The position numbers and the translations under genes are program-made. Under the pieces are notes generated by a model, which saw only the letters and a list, made by a program, of their open reading frames with translations, searched no databases and was not told where the DNA came from. This document shows, one piece after another, positions 19,596 through 29,591 of a stretch of DNA of 64,000 nt. Source of the stretch: a virus (lineage: Duplodnaviria > Heunggongvirae > Uroviricota > Caudoviricetes); IMG/VR virus record IMGVR_UViG_3300045988_157791; one strand, given 5' to 3'. Numbering within the stretch: the stretch's first letter is position 1; every line of letters begins with the position of its first letter.

Positions 19596-19925
19596 TTACT
19601 CGAATACTTCAAGAAACTCCTGAACGTCCCAATGCTGGACGAGGTGAAGATAGACCTTAGAAATCACGTCATTTTCGCTATCGCATGTGAAGTAGTACTT
19701 CTGGCTGCGGTTGTATGTGTCCACACAAAATTCGCTCATATCCATAAAGTCAGCATCTTCACCCATGTCGCAAATCATCAAAGCAGGTGCGTCATCACGA
19801 GTCATCAGCTCAAGCACCCACCGCGAATTGATCAGAGTGGAAGACCAACCTTCTAACTCATAAAACTGATCAAACTCTTTTTGAGTTAATTTCTTGATTT
19901 GGTTGATGTCGATATTTGCAAACAT
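19596..19925 (-). CDS. hypothetical acidic protein
   Basis: ORF track 19596..19946; ATG 19925; downstream hairpin terminator at ~19568-19590. Confidence 0.4.
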   Translation of the reverse strand: MFANIDINQIKKLTQKEFDQFYELEGWSSTLINSRWVLELMTRDDAPALMICDMGEDADFMDMSEFCVDTYNRSQKYYFTCDSENDVISKVYLHLVQHWDVQEFLEVFE

Positions 19926-20287
19926 AAAGCAACCCTTAAACAACATGTTTTCTTATTGGTGTTATTATCGCAATAACGCATAGGCGAAAAAGGATTTTAT
20001 TCCGGTGAATGTGGTTTTGGCAGTGAGTTTTCAGGTTCAGTACCGAGTACACTTTTTACATTATTCTGATTTAGTAGCCGAAGGTGGCTGGTGGGCAGAA
20101 TAATCATCTCCCCGAAAACCTACTGAAATCGATTGTGACCCGTTGGCTGTCTGGCACAATTACGCTGTAGCTGGGCATTCAGAGGGAATCCAGCGGTAAG
20201 TAAGTTCGCCTGCACGTGAGCGCCTCTCTTCTTCCCGCACATTACAGGTGGGTAGCCGCAACTCTCCCTCTCGCTATACCGGTACGC

Positions 20288-20425
20288 CGCCGTTCCTGAA
20301 CCGGCATCGAGCCTTTTCCCGAAATCCACACAGGCAACTCGACCGTTTCCCTGAAAACCTCCAGCCGTTCCCCGAAGGCAACCCAGCCGTTTCTGTAGCG
20401 GGATGCAGCCTTTTCCCTGTATGGA
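20288..20425. repeat. direct-repeat array B of (A)GCCGTTTCC motifs
   Basis: Six copies at ~22-30 bp spacing: CGCCGTTCCTGAA, AGCCTTTTCCCGAAA, GACCGTTTCCCTGAAAA, CAGCCGTTCCCCGAAGG, CAGCCGTTTCTGTAGCG, CAGCCTTTTCCCTGTATGG. Confidence 0.5.
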
Positions 20426-20579
20426 CCGAAGGCTGACCGTAGGGGTGTTACGGGGGATAAAATCAGGAGTTGAATAAATACGAAAAAGGAGGCGACACCC
20501 CTCCTTCCCTCCCAACTTATACATACCTGTCTTGTTCGCTATACATGTTGTGTTTTCTTCGTGTTTTATCTGTTTCAAC

Positions 20580-21400
20580 CTCTCTATAGGCGTTAATGCT
20601 CACTCCTTCCAGAACGTTCTATACGGCGACTATTTCTGTTGGTGAATTGGGTGTGTTGTTTTCCCTGTCGGTGTATGTGGTTTCGTTCGTTTTGCGATGG
20701 TTCTTCTATGGGGTGTTCTCGTCGTTTTGGTGATTGTTCTTCTCCGTGTATGGAGTAATGGCAGGTGGGCGATTCCTTTCGTTATTGTGTTTGAGTTGTT
20801 TGTCTGGAGTGCGTGAAGGGCTTTTGTAGTTATTCGTGTATTGGGTAATGGCGTTTCCCGTGATTGTTATGTTTCGTGTCTTTTGGGATTGAGAGAAACC
20901 TTGCGGTTACAGGCTTCGTTGGGGTTTCAGTGATTCTGATGTTTCTTCGCTGTTTGGGTAATGGCGTGTCGTGGGTATCGCGCGTATGAATGTTTTCGGA
21001 TTGCCTGTGAAAGTTAGGTTGGTTGTCCGGTAGCCTGGGAAGAAGAGGTGGGTCTTTTCGGTAGCCTGCCATAAAGAGGTTGGTTGTTTTTGGTAATGGC
21101 ATATGTGTTATTTAGTTGTTTTGTTATACCTGAAAATAAGTTGTTTATATGGTTATGTAACGCAACGGGAGCGATTTTGAGCGTGTGTTTTTGTTGGTAG
21201 TGTGTTGGGTCGTCTGTGGTGAAAATTGGACGCTGTGGCGCTGTCTGCTGCGTAGAGTTACGGGTATAAGAAGTGATGTGTGAAAACGTCAATTTTTTAG
21301 ACCAAATCGGGTGAAAGCGTTGACGTTTCGTTGATCTGTTATTTAGTTGTTTTCTTATTTGTATAAACAACCATAACCTATTGATATTTAATGATGTGAT
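20580..21400. repeat. GT-skewed non-coding tract with degenerate ~100 bp tandem units
   Basis: Plus strand almost devoid of C-runs; recurring ...GTGTATTGGGTAATGGCG... at ~20751, 20841, 20953, 21090; GTTATTTAGTTGTTTT repeated at 21108 and 21337. Confidence 0.5.
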
Positions 21401-21489
21401 TGCTGGTATGGGAGGGGAGTAGTGGCGATCAACGGATTCTTATAGAAAAGAATCAAATTGTGACCGCCATTATCAATGAGTTGCAACCG

Positions 21490-22059
21490 TTAGTTGTTCA
21501 GATAAACATTTGGAACACGGACGTAGAAGTTCCTGTCGCCGGTAAGTTCCAGAGTAATGTTAATGTCATTACCATTGTCTAGTGTAGCCGTTGCTCTATA
21601 GAACTTATCCGTCACCTTGTCCTCTATTGTCACCTTCATACATTTTGGTGCAGTCGAACCGTTATTCTCTTTCAGAATAGTTGTCACGAGAGGGCAGGCT
21701 GCTTCTTCAAGAGCAACCTCGTCCTTGTGTGGGATGCCGATGAAGATAACCCAAGCCAGCGACGCAACGATTATGATAAATGGCACTCTGCTGCCTTTTG
21801 TAATAGTCGCGCGCTTCCAGAGATAGACAGGCAGGAGGAATACCCCCCATAGAATTGAAGGTGGTTCACAGCCAGACTCCGATAGAGCCATTCTGTCAGC
21901 TACTAACAAACCGATGGTAGTTACACCCCCAATTATAATAGCGTAATTGGTATACTCTTCCGGCGATACTCCAAAGAAGAAAGGCATGAACGCTAGAATC
22001 CACGCATAAATGTTATTCAGAGGTTTTGTTTGTTGGTTCTGGGTTTCCATCACATCCAT
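21490..22059 (-). CDS. putative membrane protein
   Basis: 189 aa with several hydrophobic helices in N-terminal half (AWILAFMPFFFGV, IIIGGVTTIGLLV, ILWGVFLLPVYLW, FIIIVASLAWVIFIG). Confidence 0.45.
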   Translation of the reverse strand: MDVMETQNQQTKPLNNIYAWILAFMPFFFGVSPEEYTNYAIIIGGVTTIGLLVADRMALSESGCEPPSILWGVFLLPVYLWKRATITKGSRVPFIIIVASLAWVIFIGIPHKDEVALEEAACPLVTTILKENNGSTAPKCMKVTIEDKVTDKFYRATATLDNGNDINITLELTGDRNFYVRVPNVYLNN

Positions 22060-22211
22060 TCCATCACATAAAAATCGCGTTTATATATTATCAATTTTCT
22101 CACTTGTATAACCTAAATACGCATCCGTTTATCAATCCACCTTCCACAAACATCAGCTTTAGCTATGAAAAATAACAATCTCAAAGTGAAAACCATTATC
22201 ATAGGAAACGA

Positions 22212-22397
22212 TTAGATGAGATGGTCTAATTCATCATCTATCATTGCTTTAACACTTGAGTCATTAACCCCGTATTGATTTATGAACCGTTTCAGCTCCG
22301 GTGAAAACTGAAGGTAGATATCGTGAGCGTTTTTCACTGTAGGTTCAACGCCACGCATTTCAAGCGCCTTTAGTAGATATGAGTCTTCTTTAAGCAT
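22212..22397 (-). CDS. small hypothetical protein
   Basis: 61 aa ORF downstream of 22434..22742. Confidence 0.3.
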   Translation of the reverse strand: MLKEDSYLLKALEMRGVEPTVKNAHDIYLQFSPELKRFINQYGVNDSSVKAMIDDELDHLI

Positions 22398-22433
22398 AAA
22401 TTCTCCGTTGTCTAGTATGAAGCGATTGCCGGA

Positions 22434-22742
22434 TTACCATTGCCAGCACTCTAGCCCTTCAACGACCGGTGCACCACAATCAAAATGTACAGAGTCAAAG
22501 CCTACATCAAGTACTTTCTGAATGTTCGCAATCGCGCCCTCGGATATACCATATCGACGCAACTCATCTTTCCAGTCATCGTCCTGTAACCCGGCGTGGA
22601 CAATGCAACCGTACTCAATTTGTGAAACCCAATCCAGCTCATTGCTTGCGATCATGAATCGGCGAGCATCTTCCTCTGATGTATGAGATGAGCTGATCAA
22701 TGCCACCTGGTAGGCTTGGGTAATGTTCAACATTTCAACCAC
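22434..22742 (-). CDS. hypothetical protein
   Basis: 102 aa; preceded by conserved block (GATAAT ... GAAAACAACTTGTTTT). Confidence 0.35.
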   Translation of the reverse strand: MVEMLNITQAYQVALISSSHTSEEDARRFMIASNELDWVSQIEYGCIVHAGLQDDDWKDELRRYGISEGAIANIQKVLDVGFDSVHFDCGAPVVEGLECWQW

Positions 22743-22839
22743 TCCAAAACAAGTTGTTTTCTTATGTGGTTTATTATCTCCATCAACAAAAGGCAGAAAA
22801 CAAATTGTTTTAGGTACTGTGTAAATCAGAAGGGATTGT

Positions 22840-22876
22840 GTCTATATGAAAATGCCCGGCGTGTTGCCGGGCATTG
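22840..22876 (-). terminator. intrinsic terminator downstream of metG
   Basis: GCCCGGCAACACGCCGGGC hairpin followed by ATTTTCAT on minus strand. Confidence 0.6.
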
Positions 22877-22894
22877 CGAAGAGAGGTTGTTTAA

Positions 22895-24928
22895 TTACTT
22901 AACCTGGTGGCCAGGTTTAGCACCAGCATCCGGGCTTAACAGGAAGATATCTTTCCCGCCGGGGCCAGCAGCCATCACCATGCCTTCAGAGATACCGAAG
23001 CGCATTTTACGTGGTGCCAGGTTAGCCACCATAATGGTGTGACGACCAATCAGTGCCTGCGGATCCGGGTAGGCAGAACGAATACCGGAGAAGACATTGC
23101 GTTTTTCACCGCCGAGATCCAGTGTCAGGCGCAGCAGTTTGTCAGAACCTTCAACAAACTCTGCGTTTTCGATCAGCGCTACGCGCAGGTCAACTTTGGC
23201 GAAGTCGTCAAAGGTGATGGTTTCCTGAATCGGATCATCTGCCAGTGGGCCAGTAACTGGCGCGGCAGCTGCTTTCACTTCTTCTTTAGACGCTTCCACC
23301 AGTGCTTCAACCTGCTTCATATCGATGCGGTTATACAGTGCCTTGAACGGATTTACTTTATGGCCCAGCAGCGGTTGCTGGATACCATCCCAGGTCAGTT
23401 CTGTATTCAGGAATGCTTCTGCACGTTCAGTCAGTTTCGGCAGTACCGGCTTCAGGTACGTCATCAGCACGCGGAACAGGTTAATGCCCATAGAGCAAAT
23501 CGCCTGCAGATCGGCATCGCGTCCTTCCTGCTTCGCCACCACCCACGGAGCCTGTTCATCGACATAGCGGTTAGCCAGGTCAGCCAGTGCCATGATTTCA
23601 CGGATAGCTTTACCAAATTCGCGGCTTTCCCACGCTTCACCAATCACTTCAGCGGCATCAGTGAAGGTTTTGTACAACTGCGGGTCAGCCAGCTCGCTTG
23701 CCAGCACACCGTCAAAACGCTTATTGATAAAGCCAGCGTTACGGGACGCCAGGTTAACCACTTTGTTCACGATATCGGCATTCACACGCTGAACGAAATC
23801 CTCCAGGTTGAGATCGATATCATCAATGCGCGAAGAGAGTTTCGCAGTGTAGTAGTAACGCAGGCTGTCAGCGTCAAAATGATTCAGCCAGGTGCTGGCT
23901 TTAATAAAGGTGCCGCGAGACTTGGACATCTTCGCGCCGTTCACCGTCACATAGCCATGAACAAACAGGTTGGTCGGCTTGCGGAAGTTGCTGCCTTCCA
24001 GCATGGCAGGCCAGAACAGGCTGTGGAAGTAAACGATATCTTTACCGATGAAGTGGTACAGCTCGGCGGTGGAGTCTTTCTTCCAGTATTCATCGAAGCT
24101 TACGCTGTCGCCGCGCTTGTCGCACAGATTCTTGAAAGAACCCATGTAGCCAATCGGTGCGTCCAGCCAGACGTAGAAATATTTGCCCGGCGCGTTCGGA
24201 ATTTCAAAACCGAAGTAAGGGGCGTCGCGGGAGATATCCCACTGTTGCAGGCCAGATTCAAACCACTCCTGCATTTTATTTGCCACCTGCTCCTGCAACG
24301 CACCGCTGCGGGTCCATGCCTGCAACATTTCGCTGAAAGAGGGCAGATCAAAGAAGAAGTGTTCAGAATCACGCATTACCGGCGTAGCACCAGAAACCAC
24401 CGATTTCGGTTCAATCAGTTCAGTCGGGCTGTAGGTCGCGCCGCAGACTTCACAGTTATCGCCGTATTGATCTGGCGCTTTACATTTCGGGCAGGTGCCT
24501 TTCACAAAACGGTCCGGCAGGAACATGCCTTTTTCCGGATCGTACAGCTGAGAGATGGTGCGGTTTTTAATAAAACCGTTTTCTTTCAGGCGAGAGTAGA
24601 TAAGTTCTGACAACTGGCGGTTCTCTTCGCTGTGCGTCGAGTGATAGTTGTCATAGCTGATGTTAAAGCCTGCGAAATCAGTCTGATGTTCCTGACTCAT
24701 TTCGCCAATCATCTGCTCCGGTGTGATACCAAGCTGCTGAGCTTTAAGCATGATCGGCGTGCCGTGGGCATCGTCGGCGCAGATGAAGTTGACCTCGTGG
24801 CCGCGCATTCGCTGGTAACGGACCCAGACATCAGCCTGGATGTGCTCCAGCATATGGCCGAGGTGGATTGAGCCGTTAGCGTACGGCAGCGCGCACGTCA
24901 CCAGAATTTTCTTCGCGACTTGGGTCAT
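22895..24928 (-). CDS. metG: methionine--tRNA ligase
   Basis: 677 aa from [26 protein letters not shown] (HIGH motif) ... KMSKS ... C-terminal tRNA-binding domain; near-identical to Escherichia MetG as recalled; ORF-track N-terminal 43 aa extension rejected. Confidence 0.95.
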   Translation of the reverse strand: MTQVAKKILVTCALPYANGSIHLGHMLEHIQADVWVRYQRMRGHEVNFICADDAHGTPIMLKAQQLGITPEQMIGEMSQEHQTDFAGFNISYDNYHSTHSEENRQLSELIYSRLKENGFIKNRTISQLYDPEKGMFLPDRFVKGTCPKCKAPDQYGDNCEVCGATYSPTELIEPKSVVSGATPVMRDSEHFFFDLPSFSEMLQAWTRSGALQEQVANKMQEWFESGLQQWDISRDAPYFGFEIPNAPGKYFYVWLDAPIGYMGSFKNLCDKRGDSVSFDEYWKKDSTAELYHFIGKDIVYFHSLFWPAMLEGSNFRKPTNLFVHGYVTVNGAKMSKSRGTFIKASTWLNHFDADSLRYYYTAKLSSRIDDIDLNLEDFVQRVNADIVNKVVNLASRNAGFINKRFDGVLASELADPQLYKTFTDAAEVIGEAWESREFGKAIREIMALADLANRYVDEQAPWVVAKQEGRDADLQAICSMGINLFRVLMTYLKPVLPKLTERAEAFLNTELTWDGIQQPLLGHKVNPFKALYNRIDMKQVEALVEASKEEVKAAAAPVTGPLADDPIQETITFDDFAKVDLRVALIENAEFVEGSDKLLRLTLDLGGEKRNVFSGIRSAYPDPQALIGRHTIMVANLAPRKMRFGISEGMVMAAGPGGKDIFLLSPDAGAKPGHQVK

Positions 24929-25085
24929 AGTAGGCATTACTTCTTTGTAGTGAAAAGGGGCTTGATAGTAACAAAATGGCCTTATGTCTGCCATGTGATA
25001 ACAGCATTTCTCATAAATGATTAAATGTCGTAGCTGGAGTACACTACAAGGCGACAATTGCGCAAATTAAAATAAAGGAGACGGG

Positions 25086-26186
25086 ATGAGCGAGTCCAAA
25101 TCGCCGGATGCCCTGAGAGCAATGGTAGCCGGTACGCTGGCTAATTTTCAGCACCCAACCCTGAAACACAACCTGACTACGCTTAAAGCGTTACACCATG
25201 TTGCGTTGATGGATGACACACTGCATGTCGAACTAATCATGCCTTTCGTGTGGAATAAGCCTTTTGAAGACCTGAAAGAGCAATGTAGTGGTGATCTGCT
25301 CCGTATCACTGGCGCAAAGGCTATTGACTGGAAGCTGTCGTACAACATTGCCACGCTTAAGCGCGTCAAAAACCAACCAGGCATTAATGGCGTTAAGAAC
25401 ATTATCGCCGTCAGCTCAGGCAAGGGCGGCGTAGGTAAATCCTCCACGGCGGTAAATCTGGCACTGGCGTTGGCTGCTGAAGGTGCGAAAGTTGGTATTT
25501 TGGATGCCGATATCTATGGTCCATCAATTCCAACCATGCTGGGCGCGGAAAACCAACGTCCAACCTCACCGGACGGTACTCACATGGCACCTATCATGTC
25601 TCATGGCCTGGCAACCAACTCTATTGGTTATCTGGTCACCGACGACAATGCAATGGTGTGGCGTGGACCGATGGCCAGCAAGGCGCTGATGCAGATGTTG
25701 CAGGAAACTCTATGGCCTGATCTGGACTATCTCGTTCTCGATATGCCGCCGGGCACTGGTGATATTCAGTTGACGCTGGCGCAGAACATTCCTGTAACTG
25801 GTGCGGTTGTGGTAACTACGCCGCAAGACATCGCGCTGATCGATGCGAAGAAAGGCATTGTGATGTTCGAAAAAGTCGAAGTGCCGGTACTGGGTATCGT
25901 CGAAAACATGAGTGTGCATATTTGCAGTAACTGCGGTCATCACGAGCCAATTTTTGGCACCGGTGGCGCACAGAAACTGGCCGAGAAATACAACACGCAG
26001 TTGTTAGGCCAAATGCCACTTCATATCTCTCTTCGTGAAGATCTGGATAACGGAACACCAACCGTTATTAGTCGTCCAGATAGCGAATTTACGGCTATTT
26101 ATCGTGACCTCGCAGATCGCGTTGCTGCCCAAATGTATTGGCAAGGTGAAGTAATACCTGGCGAAATCGCATTCCGCGCAGTGTGA
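25086..26186 (+). CDS. apbC: Mrp/ApbC Fe-S cluster carrier ATPase
   Basis: P-loop SGKGGVGKS, CxxC (CSNCGH); divergent from metG as in the enterobacterial chromosome. Confidence 0.9.
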   Translation: MSESKSPDALRAMVAGTLANFQHPTLKHNLTTLKALHHVALMDDTLHVELIMPFVWNKPFEDLKEQCSGDLLRITGAKAIDWKLSYNIATLKRVKNQPGINGVKNIIAVSSGKGGVGKSSTAVNLALALAAEGAKVGILDADIYGPSIPTMLGAENQRPTSPDGTHMAPIMSHGLATNSIGYLVTDDNAMVWRGPMASKALMQMLQETLWPDLDYLVLDMPPGTGDIQLTLAQNIPVTGAVVVTTPQDIALIDAKKGIVMFEKVEVPVLGIVENMSVHICSNCGHHEPIFGTGGAQKLAEKYNTQLLGQMPLHISLREDLDNGTPTVISRPDSEFTAIYRDLADRVAAQMYWQGEVIPGEIAFRAV

Positions 26187-26214
26187 TAAAAAGGCGGTGC
26201 AATGCACCGCCTAA
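26186..26214 (-). terminator. hairpin terminator between apbC and UmuD'-like gene
   Basis: GGCGGTGCAATGCACCGCC; on minus strand followed by TTTTTATC. Confidence 0.5.
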
Positions 26215-26223
26215 TCAGTTCTC

Positions 26224-26613
26224 CTACATCACGGGACAATCATCAAACTCGCCACTTCTTGCGTCGTTGATAATGTGAGTGATCACACCAAACACGGCAT
26301 TGCTGCCCGTGCATCCATCGTCATCCTTTGGCAATGCTTCCTTCTTACCGGTTCTTAAATCCTCCAGATGCTGACGTGGGTACTTCCGGTATCTTTTTAC
26401 GCGATATTCCCCATCCAGAGCGCATACAAGCAGAGAACCATCAACTGGGGTAAGTGAGGAATCAACCACCAGCAATGCACCCTGTAATATTCCCTCACGA
26501 TGATGACTATCAGCTGCCCGCATGAAGTAGGTCGCTGAAGGATGTCTGATTAGTTGCTGATCAAGAGAAATACGGCTCTCTGCATAATCCGCCGCAGGAG
26601 AAGGGAAGCCCAT
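26224..26613 (-). CDS. UmuD'-like protein (natively lacks the UmuD N-terminal arm; HumD-type)
   Basis: Starts M-GFPSPAADY, i.e. at the position of the UmuD Cys24-Gly25 cleavage site; in-frame TAA 9 nt upstream prevents extension; S24 peptidase-fold C-terminal domain. Confidence 0.6.
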   Translation of the reverse strand: MGFPSPAADYAESRISLDQQLIRHPSATYFMRAADSHHREGILQGALLVVDSSLTPVDGSLLVCALDGEYRVKRYRKYPRQHLEDLRTGKKEALPKDDDGCTGSNAVFGVITHIINDARSGEFDDCPVM

Positions 26614-26712
26614 AGCGTTTTACCTCAATGATACTGTTTATTCATACAGTATACATTGAAAAGGCATAGTTTGTGAAAGCGGGGTTTGCAGGCGCGCCAC
26701 GCTGGGGGCTAA

Positions 26713-27063
26713 TCACATTGGTGGCGTGAACTTGCCATTCATATATTGCAAAATGCTTGACTCAATTTTTTCATTAAAATCAGAATGATGCTCCTCAAGG
26801 ACAAAGCGCGCCTTATTGTTGCGCACAATAACCTCCGCCAACGGACTAACCAGAGATGTGGAGTTAGAGATTTTCTCGGCGCGCTCTACATCGCTTTTAA
26901 ACGTTACGATGAAGTGCTGGTGGCCTGGTGACCGGCGACACAACATGCGTCGCACTTCCACGGTATCTTCACGGCCTTGAGTATGTACAGGAAAGCTATC
27001 GACCACCGCTGTATTGGTGCGGATTGTCTGCATAGAACGCGTGTTGTCGTGATAGTTAAGCAT
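26713..27063 (-). CDS. hypothetical protein
   Basis: ORF track 26713..27105; start uncertain (ATG 27063 has best RBS). Confidence 0.3.
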   Translation of the reverse strand: MLNYHDNTRSMQTIRTNTAVVDSFPVHTQGREDTVEVRRMLCRRSPGHQHFIVTFKSDVERAEKISNSTSLVSPLAEVIVRNNKARFVLEEHHSDFNEKIESSILQYMNGKFTPPM

Positions 27064-27088
27064 GTTTAATGTCTTCCCCATCTTGCCG

Positions 27089-27340
27089 TTATTTTCTTGG
27101 TGCATCCTCGTTCTGATACACCGGATGGCTTCCTTTTGGCAACTGGAGGCTTAACTGCCGGTAGTGCCGTAACCGTTCCATGAAATAGGTGCGCAGGTTC
27201 TCTGGTTGCTCGCGGGCTACCTGTTCAGCTATGACAGGTATGTTCAATCGCTCTTTGTACGCCACACCGCTGGCAGCCAGATCAACGTTAACCTTATCCC
27301 GTTCTTCCTGACTTTTAGCTGCAATATTCCAGTCGCTCAT
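27089..27340 (-). CDS. DNA polymerase III theta subunit homologue (HolE/Hot-like)
   Basis: [43 protein letters not shown] closely parallels HolE ([43 protein letters not shown], from memory). Confidence 0.65.
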   Translation of the reverse strand: MSDWNIAAKSQEERDKVNVDLAASGVAYKERLNIPVIAEQVAREQPENLRTYFMERLRHYRQLSLQLPKGSHPVYQNEDAPRK

Positions 27341-27342
27341 AT

Positions 27343-27615
27343 TTAAGGCTCACATTTCCAGATGGTATTCTGAACACCCGAACCGGGCGCAAGATTAGGG
27401 TTAGCGTTCGCGCTATGCTGATATACTGCTTTAGACTTCCCATATTGCTGACAGGCTTTATCTGCGGTTTTTTGCAGGCTATCCAGGCCATACCAACCAT
27501 CTGACTGTATGCTTACCTTTTCACCGTCGTTGTATTGCACCATTGCACACCCAGATATAGCCAGTATCGCGCCGACAATAACGCTTTTCCATAAAACTCT
27601 ATGCAACATATACAA
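27343..27615 (-). CDS. small putative lipoprotein
   Basis: Signal peptide + lipobox AILAISG-C. Confidence 0.4.
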   Translation of the reverse strand: MYMLHRVLWKSVIVGAILAISGCAMVQYNDGEKVSIQSDGWYGLDSLQKTADKACQQYGKSKAVYQHSANANPNLAPGSGVQNTIWKCEP

Positions 27616-27654
27616 AAATCCCCTCTGTGAATTGAGGGGATTTTAGCATGGTGA

Positions 27655-28413
27655 TCAGATATCGGCCTTATTCGGAATTTTATCAGCCACCAGCGGCAAT
27701 AAAGCCTTCGCCATTTCATGAACCAACATGGCATCAATGACGCCTAGCGTATGGACCGGCTTAATCTTTAATGCGGCCTCAAGATAGCCTCTTTCCAGAG
27801 TGGTTTTTACGCTTTTCTTGGGCGATTGTTGGGAACTATCCGGAAAATCCGGATGGTTGCCAGCCAGTCTACGCAAAACGGCCTTAACAGCCTCAATACG
27901 GTCATCATCAACTTTTTCTACAATATTGGAATTTAAATACTTCGAAGCCTTGCTATGCCAATCGCTGGTTTTAGGGTCTTGTCCATCCATCAAACGCCAA
28001 GCTTCAGCGATTAACTCATAGCCAGTAACAGTGGCTTCCTGCGCATCACCAATCAGTTGTGTGATCTCTCTTTCAAGCATGCTTAGAGCGTTAGGCATTG
28101 GTTTTTCTTCCGGTACTACTGGCACTGGAGGGGCGGCGTATACTTCAATTGTCCCATTATCAATAGGCCATTCTCCATCCTTGAGGTAGTCACTTGTGCC
28201 GTCAACTTGCTGTTCTGCAATGTGGAATGCACCTATTGGTTTTGCCTCAAGCGAGGCCAGTGCAATTCGTGCCAGTTTTAGATCTCGTGCAACCATCTCA
28301 ATAACAACTTTGCAGTCCGCACCTTCTTTACTAACACGTCCTTTCAAGTCTTCCAGATAACTAACGCTTTCGCGTGCATGGGAGATTAACTGTTCTTTGG
28401 TTAAGGTGGTCAT
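27655..28413 (-). CDS. hypothetical protein
   Basis: 252 aa ORF, coupled to downstream small gene. Confidence 0.4.
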   Translation of the reverse strand: MTTLTKEQLISHARESVSYLEDLKGRVSKEGADCKVVIEMVARDLKLARIALASLEAKPIGAFHIAEQQVDGTSDYLKDGEWPIDNGTIEVYAAPPVPVVPEEKPMPNALSMLEREITQLIGDAQEATVTGYELIAEAWRLMDGQDPKTSDWHSKASKYLNSNIVEKVDDDRIEAVKAVLRRLAGNHPDFPDSSQQSPKKSVKTTLERGYLEAALKIKPVHTLGVIDAMLVHEMAKALLPLVADKIPNKADI

Positions 28414-28598
28414 TAGGCAGCTCTCTCAACAACAAGCAATTCGTCGTAGTCATAATCCGTTTCGGAACCATCCGTACCGAACAGAGTCACTTTGTCACCT
28501 TCCATCCAGAAAGATTTAACCGCACATCGTTTGCCTTTAGATGTTATGACCACATCACCTTGGGTTACATCTTCAGCGCGAACTTCTACTGTTCTCAT
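28413..28598 (-). CDS. small hypothetical protein
   Basis: ORF track 28413..28634; probable start MRTVEVRAEDV. Confidence 0.3.
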   Translation of the reverse strand: MRTVEVRAEDVTQGDVVITSKGKRCAVKSFWMEGDKVTLFGTDGSETDYDYDELLVVERAA

Positions 28599-29139
28599 AA
28601 TGCTGACCCTCTTTGGTGAAAACGCCTGATGCAATACTGTTTATGATGCTGTCAGTACAGGGAGTAGAAAGCTGGGCATCTCCAGCTATTTTCATGACTT
28701 CGACATTCGCATATCGAATACCGAGGTGTATCAGACCTGCTATACCTGACTTAAGTCGAACATTTTCCATAAACAGATCCTTTTCCCGCTGTTTAACGGT
28801 CTCCAGCTCAACACGCAGTTTCTCAAGCGTTAGGGCCATCTCTACGTTCTCCTGCTCAAGACGTCGGATGTGTTGCTGTCTTTTATCCAGTTCGTCCAGC
28901 AGTGCAATCACATCGGGATCACTATCATCAACTACTGTTACGCGTGATTTTTCATAATGTTCATCTGCAAAAGTACGCCCTATCTTAAAATATCCGTCAT
29001 CACTCTCACCGGAACAGGCATAAACAACATGTGCTCCAGATATGCGCTGTATTGACATTTCCTCGCCACAAACAGAGCATTTAGGCGCTGGTTTTGGTGA
29101 ATAACGTTCACGTAACGTCAGGTAGTAAATCTCATTCAC
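28573..29139 (-). CDS. hypothetical Zn-ribbon/coiled-coil protein
   Basis: CSVCGEE...YACSGE cysteine pairs at N-terminus, central coiled coil. Confidence 0.35.
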   Translation of the reverse strand: MNEIYYLTLRERYSPKPAPKCSVCGEEMSIQRISGAHVVYACSGESDDGYFKIGRTFADEHYEKSRVTVVDDSDPDVIALLDELDKRQQHIRRLEQENVEMALTLEKLRVELETVKQREKDLFMENVRLKSGIAGLIHLGIRYANVEVMKIAGDAQLSTPCTDSIINSIASGVFTKEGQHYENSRSSR

Positions 29140-29591
29140 TGTTTATTTCCTGTACGAAGCTCAGCGGCAAAAGCTACTGCGTGATCATGATGTTCAAGTG
29201 TGTATGCGCACTCAGCAAACATCTCCACGCCCTGCGCACGTACTTCAGCCAGAAAAGCATCGGTGGCTGGAGTCTCCGTTAATTCGCTAACCCAATTATC
29301 TCCGTGTTCCTCGGCACACATCGCATCGAATGCTCGCTCAGATTCTTTCAGGGCTGCATTCTCCGCCGCTAATGCGTCTCTCTGCGCCCGCAACTTCTCA
29401 ATTTCAGCAGCCATGTAGTAACCAACCATAGCGAAGACGGCAAAAGAGTTGTCTGCCTCATCAGGCGACACTGAGGCCATTAGCAGGCCATCGTAAAAAT
29501 CGTGACTCCCATTGGTGATCGCCACCGCATAGGAGTCGTGGTTCTCGCGCTTGTGAATGAGAACTACGGGATTTTCGATTTTGTTACTCAT
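29136..29591 (-). CDS. hypothetical protein
   Basis: 151 aa; start context AGAGAAAAACACATG shared with many genes here. Confidence 0.35.
   Translation of the reverse strand: MSNKIENPVVLIHKRENHDSYAVAITNGSHDFYDGLLMASVSPDEADNSFAVFAMVGYYMAAEIEKLRAQRDALAAENAALKESERAFDAMCAEEHGDNWVSELTETPATDAFLAEVRAQGVEMFAECAYTLEHHDHAVAFAAELRTGNKQ

Noticed and set aside
20120-20578. 152 aa minus-strand ORF and overlapping 62 aa plus ORF
   Set aside because: Span the CCGTTTCC repeat array B; open frames are probably a by-product of the repeats
20830-21370. Two Pro/Thr-rich minus-strand ORFs (20830..21102, 21014..21370)
   Set aside because: Fall in the GT-skewed tandem-repeat tract; amino-acid composition reflects the CA-rich complement, not a protein
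23039-24610. 523 aa plus-strand ORF
   Set aside because: Lies entirely antisense within metG; low-complexity R/F/Q-rich product; the metG frame is far better supported
24929-25057. 43 aa N-terminal extension of metG in ORF track
   Set aside because: MetG homology begins at MTQVAKK (ATG at 24928); the upstream in-frame stretch is the promoter/leader region
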